From a virus (lineage: Duplodnaviria; Caudoviricetes), in IMG/VR virus record IMGVR_UViG_3300009610_000008, positions 918-64,917 of that record: a stretch of DNA of 64,000 bases; one strand, written 5' to 3'. The position numbers were made by a program, and so were the translations under genes. Position 1 is the stretch's first letter. Each line of letters starts with the position of its first letter. The notes under the pieces are model-generated. The model had not been told where the DNA came from, did not search any database, and saw nothing but the letters and a program-made list of their open reading frames with translations. This document shows, in pieces, positions 38,594 to 47,508 of this stretch.

Positions 38594-39673
38594 CTAACAG
38601 GTGCGGTTGATGACAATCCCACCCCGCATGGTGAGGGTACAGCCACTGACACTAAAGACGCCATCTATGCCCACATAATTGGTACCACTCTGGGTGATGG
38701 AGTAGTAGGTGGTGAAGTTGGCAGTGCCGCTCGATATCGTATTACCACTGCTGCTGGTGATGCTGAACGTAGTGGTGCCTGCGCCGGTAGAGCCGGGGTC
38801 CACGGCATTGCGTATCGTAAGCCCCCCGGCAGATAGAGTACCCCGTAACAGTGCCGTGGGGCCGGTGCTGGCATAGACGTAGTAGGCGCTGGTGGCGTGG
38901 ACGCTGTTGGGACGGCCACTGGTTGGTAGTCCAATATCGCCACCGCCATCAGTCGTCCAGCGGAGGTTGCCGTTGACTTCCAGCTCACTGTTGATCAGCA
39001 CGTCGTTCTCGACCAGGATCTTGTCAAAAGGAGTGCCGCTTGAATCGTAGGTACTCAACCTCCAGTTAGCCGAAGAGGTGGCGGTGTCGGTAGAGCGGTT
39101 GACGGTGATGGCGACTAGGTTTTTGTTGGCCCCGCCGATACGGGCTTGATAGGATTCGCGCGAGACGGCATCCCCAGTGACGACATTAGCGGGGACGGCT
39201 TCAGTACCACGAGCACGTCGTACCGCCCATTCTACAAGGTCAGTGGCAGTGTTGGACCACACGCTGGACTGGTGGATGTTGTAGCCGTCGTGGGTGGCGG
39301 TGATCCACTCACTACCACCGGATGGTGCACAGATGTCGAAGCGTAACGGGATAGAGTTGACGCCATCGCCATCGACGACAGTGGCCCCACGCTTGAGACA
39401 GTAGTCGACCACGCCAATAGATGGTGGGAGTACCATGCGGTACGACGTGGACTGTGAGACGACAGCACGGATGGAGGCGTACTCCAGGCCAAATGTCTTG
39501 CTCTCGCGAAAGCGCAGTTCCCCCGTGTTTGACCCCAGTGGTGGTGGGTCAGGTAATATCTCCACTGGTCCCTGCCACGAGTACTTCACTGTCCCTTGCG
39601 AGTAGATGGGGTTAGTGACTAACAATGCCAATGCCACTATGGCACATAGCCGCGATAACTTAACATGGTCCAT
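38594..39673 (-). CDS. Short tail fibre / tail appendage-like protein
   Basis: Signal-like N-terminus; beta-rich Ser/Thr/Gly body; C-terminal LTMRGGIV. Confidence 0.55.
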   Translation of the reverse strand: MDHVKLSRLCAIVALALLVTNPIYSQGTVKYSWQGPVEILPDPPPLGSNTGELRFRESKTFGLEYASIRAVVSQSTSYRMVLPPSIGVVDYCLKRGATVVDGDGVNSIPLRFDICAPSGGSEWITATHDGYNIHQSSVWSNTATDLVEWAVRRARGTEAVPANVVTGDAVSRESYQARIGGANKNLVAITVNRSTDTATSSANWRLSTYDSSGTPFDKILVENDVLINSELEVNGNLRWTTDGGGDIGLPTSGRPNSVHATSAYYVYASTGPTALLRGTLSAGGLTIRNAVDPGSTGAGTTTFSITSSSGNTISSGTANFTTYYSITQSGTNYVGIDGVFSVSGCTLTMRGGIVINRTC

Positions 39674-40293
39674 TTGAGTCCTATTGCTGTAAAGAAGAAT
39701 AAGTTCCGCGCCCCGGGTACATCATTGATTGTAATGGGGACACTGGTATCAAACGTCCCACCCCATTGTAACCAGTACGACGCGGTGGGGGATGCGCCAA
39801 TGGGGATGGTGATGTCGACAGTGAGGAAATCCCCGTTCTGGGCCGGTGCAGCATGGGTGATGGTGGTCATCCCGGCGGCGAGGAGGATAGTGAGGGAGTA
39901 GAGGCTAGTACTATAAATGGTTGGGGGTGGGGCAGTGATGGGGACTAGTGAGCCAATCATGGGGATACGGGCAGACTCACTACCGGTGGTGGCGTTGTAG
40001 GTCGACACAAACACACTGTCCCCAACCAAGCCGTCGTTGATGTACAGTTGGTCGGCGTGGACCTGTCTCACTAACTTGTCGTCACCGTCACCGGGGGCAT
40101 AGACCCTAAAGTGCGTGTACATTCCTGGATGTGATGGGTGAGGTGGGGTCCAGCTTAGTATTTGGCCACTACCACGTACTTCACGCGGCTCACTGGGGGC
40201 GACACGGGACAGACGGGCGGCGCGGTCGAGTTCAGCCAGTTGCCGTTCGACCTGTCCCCGTTGACTCTGTGTGTAGCCTCGCTCGGTTGGCAT
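39637..40293 (-). CDS. Putative tail component
   Basis: Position downstream of the nozzle gene; Fn3-like beta pattern. Confidence 0.55.
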   Translation of the reverse strand: MPTERGYTQSQRGQVERQLAELDRAARLSRVAPSEPREVRGSGQILSWTPPHPSHPGMYTHFRVYAPGDGDDKLVRQVHADQLYINDGLVGDSVFVSTYNATTGSESARIPMIGSLVPITAPPPTIYSTSLYSLTILLAAGMTTITHAAPAQNGDFLTVDITIPIGASPTASYWLQWGGTFDTSVPITINDVPGARNLFFFTAIGLKWTMLSYRGYVP

Positions 40294-40308
40294 GTGGTTA
40301 GTGACTAA

Positions 40309-40515
40309 CTACGGGCGGTGTGGGAGGATACTGCCGCCGCCGCTGCCGACTCCCAGTTGGCGCGACAGGAATAGCAGGATAACGATTAGTAATATCCCGC
40401 CCACGATCCAACGGATGGGCTGCGGTATGGCATAGGTAATACACACCCAGTTGAGTCCATAGGCGACTACACAGAACAGGATGATGTAGACGATGAGCAT
40501 GATAAGTTGATCCAT
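40309..40515 (-). CDS. Two-TM small membrane protein, candidate holin
   Basis: 68 aa starting MDQLIMLIVY with two hydrophobic helices; TAATG coupling to the upstream gene. Confidence 0.6.
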   Translation of the reverse strand: MDQLIMLIVYIILFCVVAYGLNWVCITYAIPQPIRWIVGGILLIVILLFLSRQLGVGSGGGSILPHRP

Positions 40516-42599
40516 TACTGTAACCTGATCCTTCCTTTTGACAACACAAAGCCAATCTTCCCCACGATGCCTACCATGGTTTTGACTAATGGCAACCGCC
40601 CGTATTGATACATGGTGGGGTAGTGGGTTTCCACGGCGTCGGCGACGAGACGTATACGCAGTTTCAATGTGAAGACAGAGCCAAGTAGGGCTTTCCCCAC
40701 TGCCACCATGTAGTTGGCCGCACTGAAGATGGCGCTGGTCATCACATTGGGTATACCAGTGGCATCTAGTGGCTCCTGGTGGTCGCGCCACGCGTGGATG
40801 GTGAGGTTGCCACTTCGCACATCACCATGAACGTGGGTCTCGGCCACATTGCCAATAGAGGACGGGTCGCCAAAGTCCATCCAATGTGATTCGTATTCAC
40901 CAGTACGGCGGGTGGGTGTACCGGTGACGCCGACCACGACATCATCACGTACCAGTTCACGTCCCATGGGGTCATCTGGTTGACCAGCGGCAGTGAACAG
41001 GTCACGGTTGCCCAGCATGTGGTACCGCTTTGTTCCCTGATCCATGAGGGACTTGCCACCAGTGAAGTCGCCATCCGCACTATACCCTTGCCCTGTCACA
41101 AAGTCATGCACCCACTCGGTGCCGTCGTCAAAGAACAACTCGTACCTGTCGATCATGTTTGGCGGGTCGAAGGTGTGGGTGGCGAAACGGGATACTTTGC
41201 CGCGTAGTTTGTCCTGGTATGGGCGAGAGAGGATGTCGATGGCGCCGCTCTCGTTGAGGACGACGATCTCACCATTCTGTGTCTCCCAGATTGAGCCGTG
41301 GGGTGTCCGCTCACAGTAGGTGTAGAGGTTGTAGATGCCATAGCGGCCAGGGATTTCGGTGAATGAATGGCGCTCGTCAATGTCCTCGTAGACGATGTAG
41401 TTGGTGGTTTGCGTAACGACATGCAGTGACCTCCCCTCTGGTGAACGGGCACCCCAGATGGGTTGTTCACTGTTGGGGGTGGCCCTAAAGTTGTCGAGTG
41501 GCCATGCGTGCTCAGGCGCACCTAGAAAGAAGGTTTCACTGACATCACTGGCGGCCGCAGACCATACAATACCTGCTAGATAATGTGTTGGCGGCACATA
41601 GCTGAAGTCGGGCATCAGGGGCGACTCCCCAGCGCCCGGTAACAGTGCCCCATAGATGCGACCTTCTACATATGCTATCCAGCGCATAGGCCGTGGTGGG
41701 AAGTTATCTACTGGGGCCTCCTTGAATACATCCAGCACGTAGTTGGGTATCTGCTTGGACAACTCGGTGATGTCCTGGGTAATCGGCATGGTGGGGTTGG
41801 CCGGGTCCATCATGAGGTAGCCGACCTCGGCGTTTTGCAGGTCGACTGTCGCATAGAACACAAACTTCTGCGCCCCCTGCTCGTAGGCAGAGTGGAAGTT
41901 CATGTGGATGCCGTTGAGGAAGTTGAATTGGATGCCTAAGCTGGTCCCTGGGCCAAGGGTACCGGCGTAGACGACGTTGGAGAAATGATATGTACGGGTG
42001 TTGAACAAGCCAACATAGAATGAGACGCTGTTGACGATAGTGACACCACCAGCGACATAGGTTGATACTACTGGTGGGACAGAGATGTCACTGACGTAGC
42101 AGTCCAGGCCAAGGAACATTAGCTGGTTGACGTCGACGAGGTAGATGCTGAATGGGGGGTAGGAGCCGCTGGTTTCGTGGCGCAGACCCAGGCCATTGTA
42201 CAGGACGATACCCTCGTTGGTGTTACAGGTGGGGGCCGGGTTGGTGCGGCAGTAGGACCCACCGAATAACTGGTTGATGTTGAGTATCAATGTCCCGCCC
42301 CAGGTTTCCAGTACTATGGACCACCACTCGACGACGGTACCGGTCACCTTGAGCATGAGGTGGTGCAGGTAACCGACCACGCGCGGATCGCGGTACTCCT
42401 GGAATTGCTTCCATAGGCCACCCGCGAAGGTCGCACGCCACTTACGCCCACCAAATAGGCGTAACCACAGTGAGCCATCGACGCTGGGCATGATGCGGAA
42501 GTTGTGGCAGTGGACGGCGGCGGGGAGTGGGGCACTGGGGTTGACTTGGGTGACGACGCCAGTGAGGGGGATGTAGACGGGCGGTTTGGAGTCAGCCAT
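40515..42599 (-). CDS. Tail tubular protein B / nozzle (P22 gp10-like)
   Basis: Size, beta-propeller-like composition, GRIY...IVWS motif, YESHWMDFGDP near the C-terminus, synteny. Confidence 0.7.
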   Translation of the reverse strand: MADSKPPVYIPLTGVVTQVNPSAPLPAAVHCHNFRIMPSVDGSLWLRLFGGRKWRATFAGGLWKQFQEYRDPRVVGYLHHLMLKVTGTVVEWWSIVLETWGGTLILNINQLFGGSYCRTNPAPTCNTNEGIVLYNGLGLRHETSGSYPPFSIYLVDVNQLMFLGLDCYVSDISVPPVVSTYVAGGVTIVNSVSFYVGLFNTRTYHFSNVVYAGTLGPGTSLGIQFNFLNGIHMNFHSAYEQGAQKFVFYATVDLQNAEVGYLMMDPANPTMPITQDITELSKQIPNYVLDVFKEAPVDNFPPRPMRWIAYVEGRIYGALLPGAGESPLMPDFSYVPPTHYLAGIVWSAAASDVSETFFLGAPEHAWPLDNFRATPNSEQPIWGARSPEGRSLHVVTQTTNYIVYEDIDERHSFTEIPGRYGIYNLYTYCERTPHGSIWETQNGEIVVLNESGAIDILSRPYQDKLRGKVSRFATHTFDPPNMIDRYELFFDDGTEWVHDFVTGQGYSADGDFTGGKSLMDQGTKRYHMLGNRDLFTAAGQPDDPMGRELVRDDVVVGVTGTPTRRTGEYESHWMDFGDPSSIGNVAETHVHGDVRSGNLTIHAWRDHQEPLDATGIPNVMTSAIFSAANYMVAVGKALLGSVFTLKLRIRLVADAVETHYPTMYQYGRLPLVKTMVGIVGKIGFVLSKGRIRLQ

Positions 42600-42622
42600 G
42601 GGGGTTAGTCACTAACTGTCGC

Positions 42623-43378
42623 CTAGTTTGACCCCACCATGTGGTAGCCGCGTGGGGAGGCTTGCATAACTGGGTCTAATGTCTCCAGCGCGGCATAGAA
42701 ACGTTTCATCTGCCGCTCGAAACGGGTGTCATTATTCCCTGCCTCCCTATCCCCGTAGATGTAGGCGCGGTGGAAGATGGACAGGATGGGGATGAGTTGA
42801 TTGGGAATGTAGAGAGATAGGTTGGTGTCGGCCCAGACGCCTAATGGGTGGGCGGGGATCATCGGGCGCTGGACGTAGGTGATACGCAATGTCAACCCAG
42901 CCACGGCGGGACAGTTGAATACAATGACTTTGTAGTCACCCTCAGAGTCATCACCTGGGGGAAGTTCTGGGATCAGGGCGGCGGCAATGCGATATGAGGA
43001 TGGGTAACCTGGCTGTGGGTGCGGGAAGTCGGCGTGGGCGTTGTGCTCTGTGACTGCGGCAATGGCGGGTATCCCATTGTTGGGGACAATCTCGTACCCG
43101 GCCCACTGGATGTTGTTGCCCAGGATGGGGGCACCGGTGATGAATGCGCCATGCGGCTCGATGGTGAGGACATCCTGTGGTAGGACGATGCGGTTGTCAT
43201 TGACTGGGATGGGGATGGAGAGGGTGGTGGTGTTGAAGTAGCCCTTGCCGTGCCGGTTGTAGACCTCATTGGCAAACTGGGGCAGGATGAGGTACCAGAA
43301 TTGCCAATCATGGGGGTAGCCGCCAACCGCGGATTCGTCGTAGTTGACGAGATTCTTCCAGTAGGACGAGTAGAGCAT
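42623..43378 (-). CDS. Head-tail adaptor (tail tubular protein A-like)
   Basis: Synteny; IVLPQD...P...LTLRITY..RP...IP pattern; GGAGG SD. Confidence 0.65.
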   Translation of the reverse strand: MLYSSYWKNLVNYDESAVGGYPHDWQFWYLILPQFANEVYNRHGKGYFNTTTLSIPIPVNDNRIVLPQDVLTIEPHGAFITGAPILGNNIQWAGYEIVPNNGIPAIAAVTEHNAHADFPHPQPGYPSSYRIAAALIPELPPGDDSEGDYKVIVFNCPAVAGLTLRITYVQRPMIPAHPLGVWADTNLSLYIPNQLIPILSIFHRAYIYGDREAGNNDTRFERQMKRFYAALETLDPVMQASPRGYHMVGSN

Positions 43379-43418
43379 TGACGGCTACCTCCCGCGTGAC
43401 ATTAACTTGCCTATTGTA

Positions 43419-44144
43419 CTACTTGCGTTTACCTGCCTTGGATCTACGGGCCTCCTCCAGCATGACATTGTCGTTGTCATCATCCTGGGGTGGGCGCATG
43501 AGTTTGGTGGGGTCGGCTACGGCGTCACCAGCTTCACCAAGGGCGTCACCACTAGACATGGCGTCCAGGTCGACATCCGGGTCAACCGCAATGTTGGCAG
43601 TCTTGTCGCCACTGAGTTTGGCAACCATGGTGCGGAGGCGCGATAGTTCGGTCTCCTGGGCGGCGAGTTGCTGTTTCTGCTGGCGAATAAGTGGGTTCAA
43701 TGTTGCTGAGACGTCGCCAACTATTTTGTCAGCCATCCGTTGGGCCTGGGTCTTGGTGGCCTCGACCATCTCTTCGGCGATGAGGATGGAGGCGACCCCA
43801 CCTTCGGCAATCTCGGCCTCGCGGGAATCGTCCAGGGCCTTGATCCACAGCGGGTTGTTGGTACGCAGGACGCCCAGTGAGACATTGTGGCCGGGGGCGA
43901 TGGTTTTGGGGACCGTCATGAATCTCATTTGTGCCGTAATGATGGAGTCCTTGCCTTGCGGGGTGGGCTTGGGGTTGACGAAGTGGACCTGCTTAGTGAG
44001 ACCGGGGTATGTCAGTGAGTAGTATTCACGCATGGGTAGACTACGCCCATGGATCATGGGGTCGACCAGAGACAATATTGACAATCCATACGACGGGTTG
44101 GCCAAGTAGTCGGCGACGACGGTGTCTGGGATGGTGGCGGTCAT
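43419..44144 (-). CDS. Hypothetical protein
   Basis: AAGGAG SD; coiled coil in the C-half. Confidence 0.65.
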   Translation of the reverse strand: MTATIPDTVVADYLANPSYGLSILSLVDPMIHGRSLPMREYYSLTYPGLTKQVHFVNPKPTPQGKDSIITAQMRFMTVPKTIAPGHNVSLGVLRTNNPLWIKALDDSREAEIAEGGVASILIAEEMVEATKTQAQRMADKIVGDVSATLNPLIRQQKQQLAAQETELSRLRTMVAKLSGDKTANIAVDPDVDLDAMSSGDALGEAGDAVADPTKLMRPPQDDDNDNVMLEEARRSKAGKRK

Positions 44145-44338
44145 GAGTTGCGGTGCTCCTTTTAGTGACTAACTGTTGCGGTGATTGATTGCCATTGAAT
44201 GCCATTGAAACATCTGGGGGCGGGTCGGCACCGCATATACCTCCCGCCCCCGCTCGAAACGTGACTGGCACTGGGGAGAACAGAACCACGTGTTGCCAGT
44301 GTCGCCCAGTCACGGCGAGATGGTGACTACGCCATTGT

Positions 44339-44473
44339 CTACTTCTTGGACTTACCCTTGCCCGCCTTGTTCATGGCGATGGCAACCGATTGCTTGCCTG
44401 GGTAGCCCTCGTGGCGTAGTTTGGATATGTTACTGGAGACTGTCGATTTGGACGACCCTTTCTTGAGTGGCAT
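44339..44473 (-). CDS. Small basic phage protein (MPLKKGSS...SNI..L..EG.P..Q.VAIA)
   Basis: Recognisable small basic protein often found near head genes. Confidence 0.7.
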   Translation of the reverse strand: MPLKKGSSKSTVSSNISKLRHEGYPGKQSVAIAMNKAGKGKSKK

Positions 44474-44490
44474 GATGTGTACCATGTACT

Positions 44491-45729
44491 CTAGAACGGG
44501 GCCGTGTAGTCGGTGACGTTTTGCAGCACGCCGTGCTTCTTTTCGTGGCGCACTTTGAGTCCACAAATCATGCGGGTTTGATCGACCCAACGTCCCGCGC
44601 CGTCCTTGATGACATCTTCCATGACGGTGGGTTCGCCGTAGGAGGCGCCATTGCCTTGGAGGAAGACGATTTCGACATTGGCAAAGTCGACCGCAAAGGC
44701 GATGTGACCAAAACCACGGGTTTGTCCAGTGAGGGTCTCAAGGGTCTTGTCGTGAATGAGACGTAGATCGCCAAAGCCGGTTTGAACCATCCTGGTCTTG
44801 ACGCCGTACATCTTCTCGGTGGGGCCGACCATCAAGAACTGGTGTTGCCATGCGTTGATGGCGTTGATGATCATGGCGGGGCAGAGGAGACCCAGTTCAG
44901 ATTGGGAGTCGTGGTATTGGAAGACACGTTCGCAAAAGCCCAGGAAACCCTTGTAGGTCAACAGCCCACCGGCGTCGACGACATTGGTGACAATCTCACT
45001 GCGGAGGCCGGCCATCGACCGCATTTCACCGTTGACGTCATTGAGGTCCTGGAATGCCTTACCCCAATACGCGGTGCGGTTGTAGTCCAGCTTCATCTCG
45101 TTCATCATCTTGGACTGGAGGTCGTCGCGTAGACCTTGGGGGGAGGCGTACTGGTTTGATGCCGCCTGTTCCAACGTAATGCGCTTCGTCTTGCTGAAGT
45201 GCTGCATGTACGTGGTCTTGGTCATGGCGATGGTGGACTTGCTGTCGGGAGCAGCCGCACCTTCGTTCATGGCCGGGCCGTTGATGGACAGGGCACTGCC
45301 GTTGGCGATGGCCGCCGGGGTGGTGCCAGCGAAACCGCGTGTCACGGTAAGGACATTGGTGGCGGGGTTGTTGGCGGTGACCCGTACCAGTTCCCCGTGG
45401 GCGACAGTGGCATTGGCCGGTGGGAAGTAGAGGACATCACCGGGGACGACAACCTTGCTGTCTACGAGGGTGAACGAGGTGGCCACACCGTCGGCGACAG
45501 CCGCCCCCATGATCACCCACTGGGTCATCCAGTCGTCTTCTTTCCACTCGATGAGGGTGGAGGACTGGCCCTTTTTGCGGGACTTTTTGAGGCCCTCGAT
45601 GAGGAGAGTGGTCAATGGGGCGATATCGGGGCGAATGAGCATTCCGTCTACTCCGACGACACGCACGTTGTCGGATGCGGCAAACATCTGCTGGGTATGG
45701 CGATTACCCAGGGCGTAAGAGATGGGCAT
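44491..45729 (-). CDS. Major capsid protein (SU10/DUF5309-type HK97 fold)
   Basis: [47 protein letters not shown]; follows the scaffold gene. Confidence 0.88.
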   Translation of the reverse strand: MPISYALGNRHTQQMFAASDNVRVVGVDGMLIRPDIAPLTTLLIEGLKKSRKKGQSSTLIEWKEDDWMTQWVIMGAAVADGVATSFTLVDSKVVVPGDVLYFPPANATVAHGELVRVTANNPATNVLTVTRGFAGTTPAAIANGSALSINGPAMNEGAAAPDSKSTIAMTKTTYMQHFSKTKRITLEQAASNQYASPQGLRDDLQSKMMNEMKLDYNRTAYWGKAFQDLNDVNGEMRSMAGLRSEIVTNVVDAGGLLTYKGFLGFCERVFQYHDSQSELGLLCPAMIINAINAWQHQFLMVGPTEKMYGVKTRMVQTGFGDLRLIHDKTLETLTGQTRGFGHIAFAVDFANVEIVFLQGNGASYGEPTVMEDVIKDGAGRWVDQTRMICGLKVRHEKKHGVLQNVTDYTAPF

Positions 45730-45765
45730 GGAGGACTCCTGTGATGAGAGATTTGGCGTTAGTAA

Positions 45766-47049
45766 CTAACTAAAAATGCTGGTCGACTTGTTCGCAGCGA
45801 TACGGAGGCGTTCCGCATCGGGGTTAGCGAATCGGCGCTGACTGGATGTCGCACTGGCATTGGCACCACCATTGGCGACACCGGCACTACGTTTGGCAAT
45901 GATACTCGCGGCGGCTTTGGCGGCGGCAGTGGAGACAGTGGCACCTTTGCGTACCAGGGCTGTGGCGGCGGCGACCTTGGCGGTACGGGATTGCGACGAG
46001 GCGGCGTTACTGCGGGCTGAACGTGGCGCGAGATCGTGGGCTAGACGAATACGGTCAATCTCTAGCAACACTGCGCGGCGCTCGGCAGGAAGGTCAGCGT
46101 ATTCCGGGTTTTCACTCAACCGGGAGACGCGCTGAGCAATCCTTGGATCAGACTTGAGGACTGCGACATACGCGGAGGGCCTGCCGTCCTTGGAGGGCTT
46201 GACGAACTCGGCGATGTCGGGGTCTGTCTTTTCCAACTTACTGAGTTGCACTATAGCAGACCTCTCGGCGGCTTGTCTACCGCGATAGTGGGCGGCGGTG
46301 GCATTGAGATGGTCGAATTGGGCAAGTTTTGGGGTGACGTCAGCGAGGAGTTTCTCACGCAGCCAGTCCAGGACAACGGGCGACTTCATGTTGTGGACGA
46401 AGTCCTTGGCGAACTCGTAACGTCGGTGTTCCCGTAGTTCTTCAAAGGCACGGCGGCGCTGGGGTGCGCTGAGATTGGCATCCATCGAGTCACTGTAGAG
46501 TTGTGCCTCCACGGTGTAGTGTTGCGCGGGGTCCATCACGATGGGGTCGGCATTGTCATCGGATGGCGCAGGGCGGGTGGGTGGTGGCGGGGTGGTGGTG
46601 GGGGTAGTGGGGGCGGTCAACTTGGCACGTTCGGCCTTGATTTCCCGTTCCAACTCGGTGAGGCGGCTGTCGTCGGGGGTGTCACTGGGGGTGTCGTCGA
46701 CAGAGGTTTCAGCAATGGTGGCCATCACCTCCTCGATCACCTTGACCTGCTTGGGGGTGAGGTTGTCGAGATCGTACCCTAATTCGTCGGCGATGGTGGC
46801 GCGCTGGGTGTCGGCAGTGTCAGGGTCACCAGTGGGGGTGGCGGTGGCGGGCTTGGATGGCTTGGTTGCGAGTTCCTCCTCACCATCTATGGGTTCACCA
46901 TCACCAGTAGTGCCATCACCATCATCGTCCTGTTGTACCGCCCCTGTCCCCTCCTCCTGGGGGTCTTCCAACACGTTGTCGCCGCCGACTTGCTTGATCT
47001 CATCCATCGTGGTGGTACCCGTGGGATTGCCAAATGTTTGCATTGCCAT
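45766..47049 (-). CDS. Putative capsid scaffolding protein
   Basis: Acidic low-complexity N-terminus, helical body, basic C-terminus; lies between portal and capsid; AAGGAGAAC SD. Confidence 0.7.
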   Translation of the reverse strand: MAMQTFGNPTGTTTMDEIKQVGGDNVLEDPQEEGTGAVQQDDDGDGTTGDGEPIDGEEELATKPSKPATATPTGDPDTADTQRATIADELGYDLDNLTPKQVKVIEEVMATIAETSVDDTPSDTPDDSRLTELEREIKAERAKLTAPTTPTTTPPPPTRPAPSDDNADPIVMDPAQHYTVEAQLYSDSMDANLSAPQRRRAFEELREHRRYEFAKDFVHNMKSPVVLDWLREKLLADVTPKLAQFDHLNATAAHYRGRQAAERSAIVQLSKLEKTDPDIAEFVKPSKDGRPSAYVAVLKSDPRIAQRVSRLSENPEYADLPAERRAVLLEIDRIRLAHDLAPRSARSNAASSQSRTAKVAAATALVRKGATVSTAAAKAAASIIAKRSAGVANGGANASATSSQRRFANPDAERLRIAANKSTSIFS

Positions 47050-47106
47050 AATGTGTCTCTGTTCTCCTTGATACTTAGTCACTAACTGTCGCTTACTGTA
47101 ACACGA

Positions 47107-47508
47107 TTACAATATCCCGCGTATGGCCAGTTCTTGCGCCATATACATCTCCAGGTCCTCCAACAACTCGCCCAGGAGGTCGAACTTGGCGGCGTGGACA
47201 GTGGCCTTGTTGTGGTCGCCCGACAATGCGGCGGTGGCCATCTCGGCAACGGCTTGGCTACTACGGGACTGGATATAGTCGTCCAGGAACGGTCTAAGTG
47301 AGCGGTACACCTCCCCGACTCGCAAGCTGTCCCTCCAGTTCGACCCCACCCCCTGCGACATTGCCTGGGAGTTGTAGTCCTGGGACAGTGATTGGTGGTA
47401 TCCCATTGGGTTTGCCGCCGCCTCCTCCGCCGGGTACAGGGGAAGTGGGATTTGTATTGGCCGGTCCCTGTCCAGGTTCACTGGGTGGACCACTGTTTTG
47501 TTTGCCAT
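47107..47508 (-). CDS. Small hypothetical protein overlapping the portal 3' end
   Basis: AAGGAGG SD before ATG 47508; helical C-half fills the portal-scaffold gap. Confidence 0.6.
   Translation of the reverse strand: MANKTVVHPVNLDRDRPIQIPLPLYPAEEAAANPMGYHQSLSQDYNSQAMSQGVGSNWRDSLRVGEVYRSLRPFLDDYIQSRSSQAVAEMATAALSGDHNKATVHAAKFDLLGELLEDLEMYMAQELAIRGIL

Noticed and set aside
44041-44313. 90-aa ORF between the small basic gene and the 44144 gene
   Set aside because: GTG start without SD, overlap with the next gene and no recognisable features; the interval is more likely non-coding.
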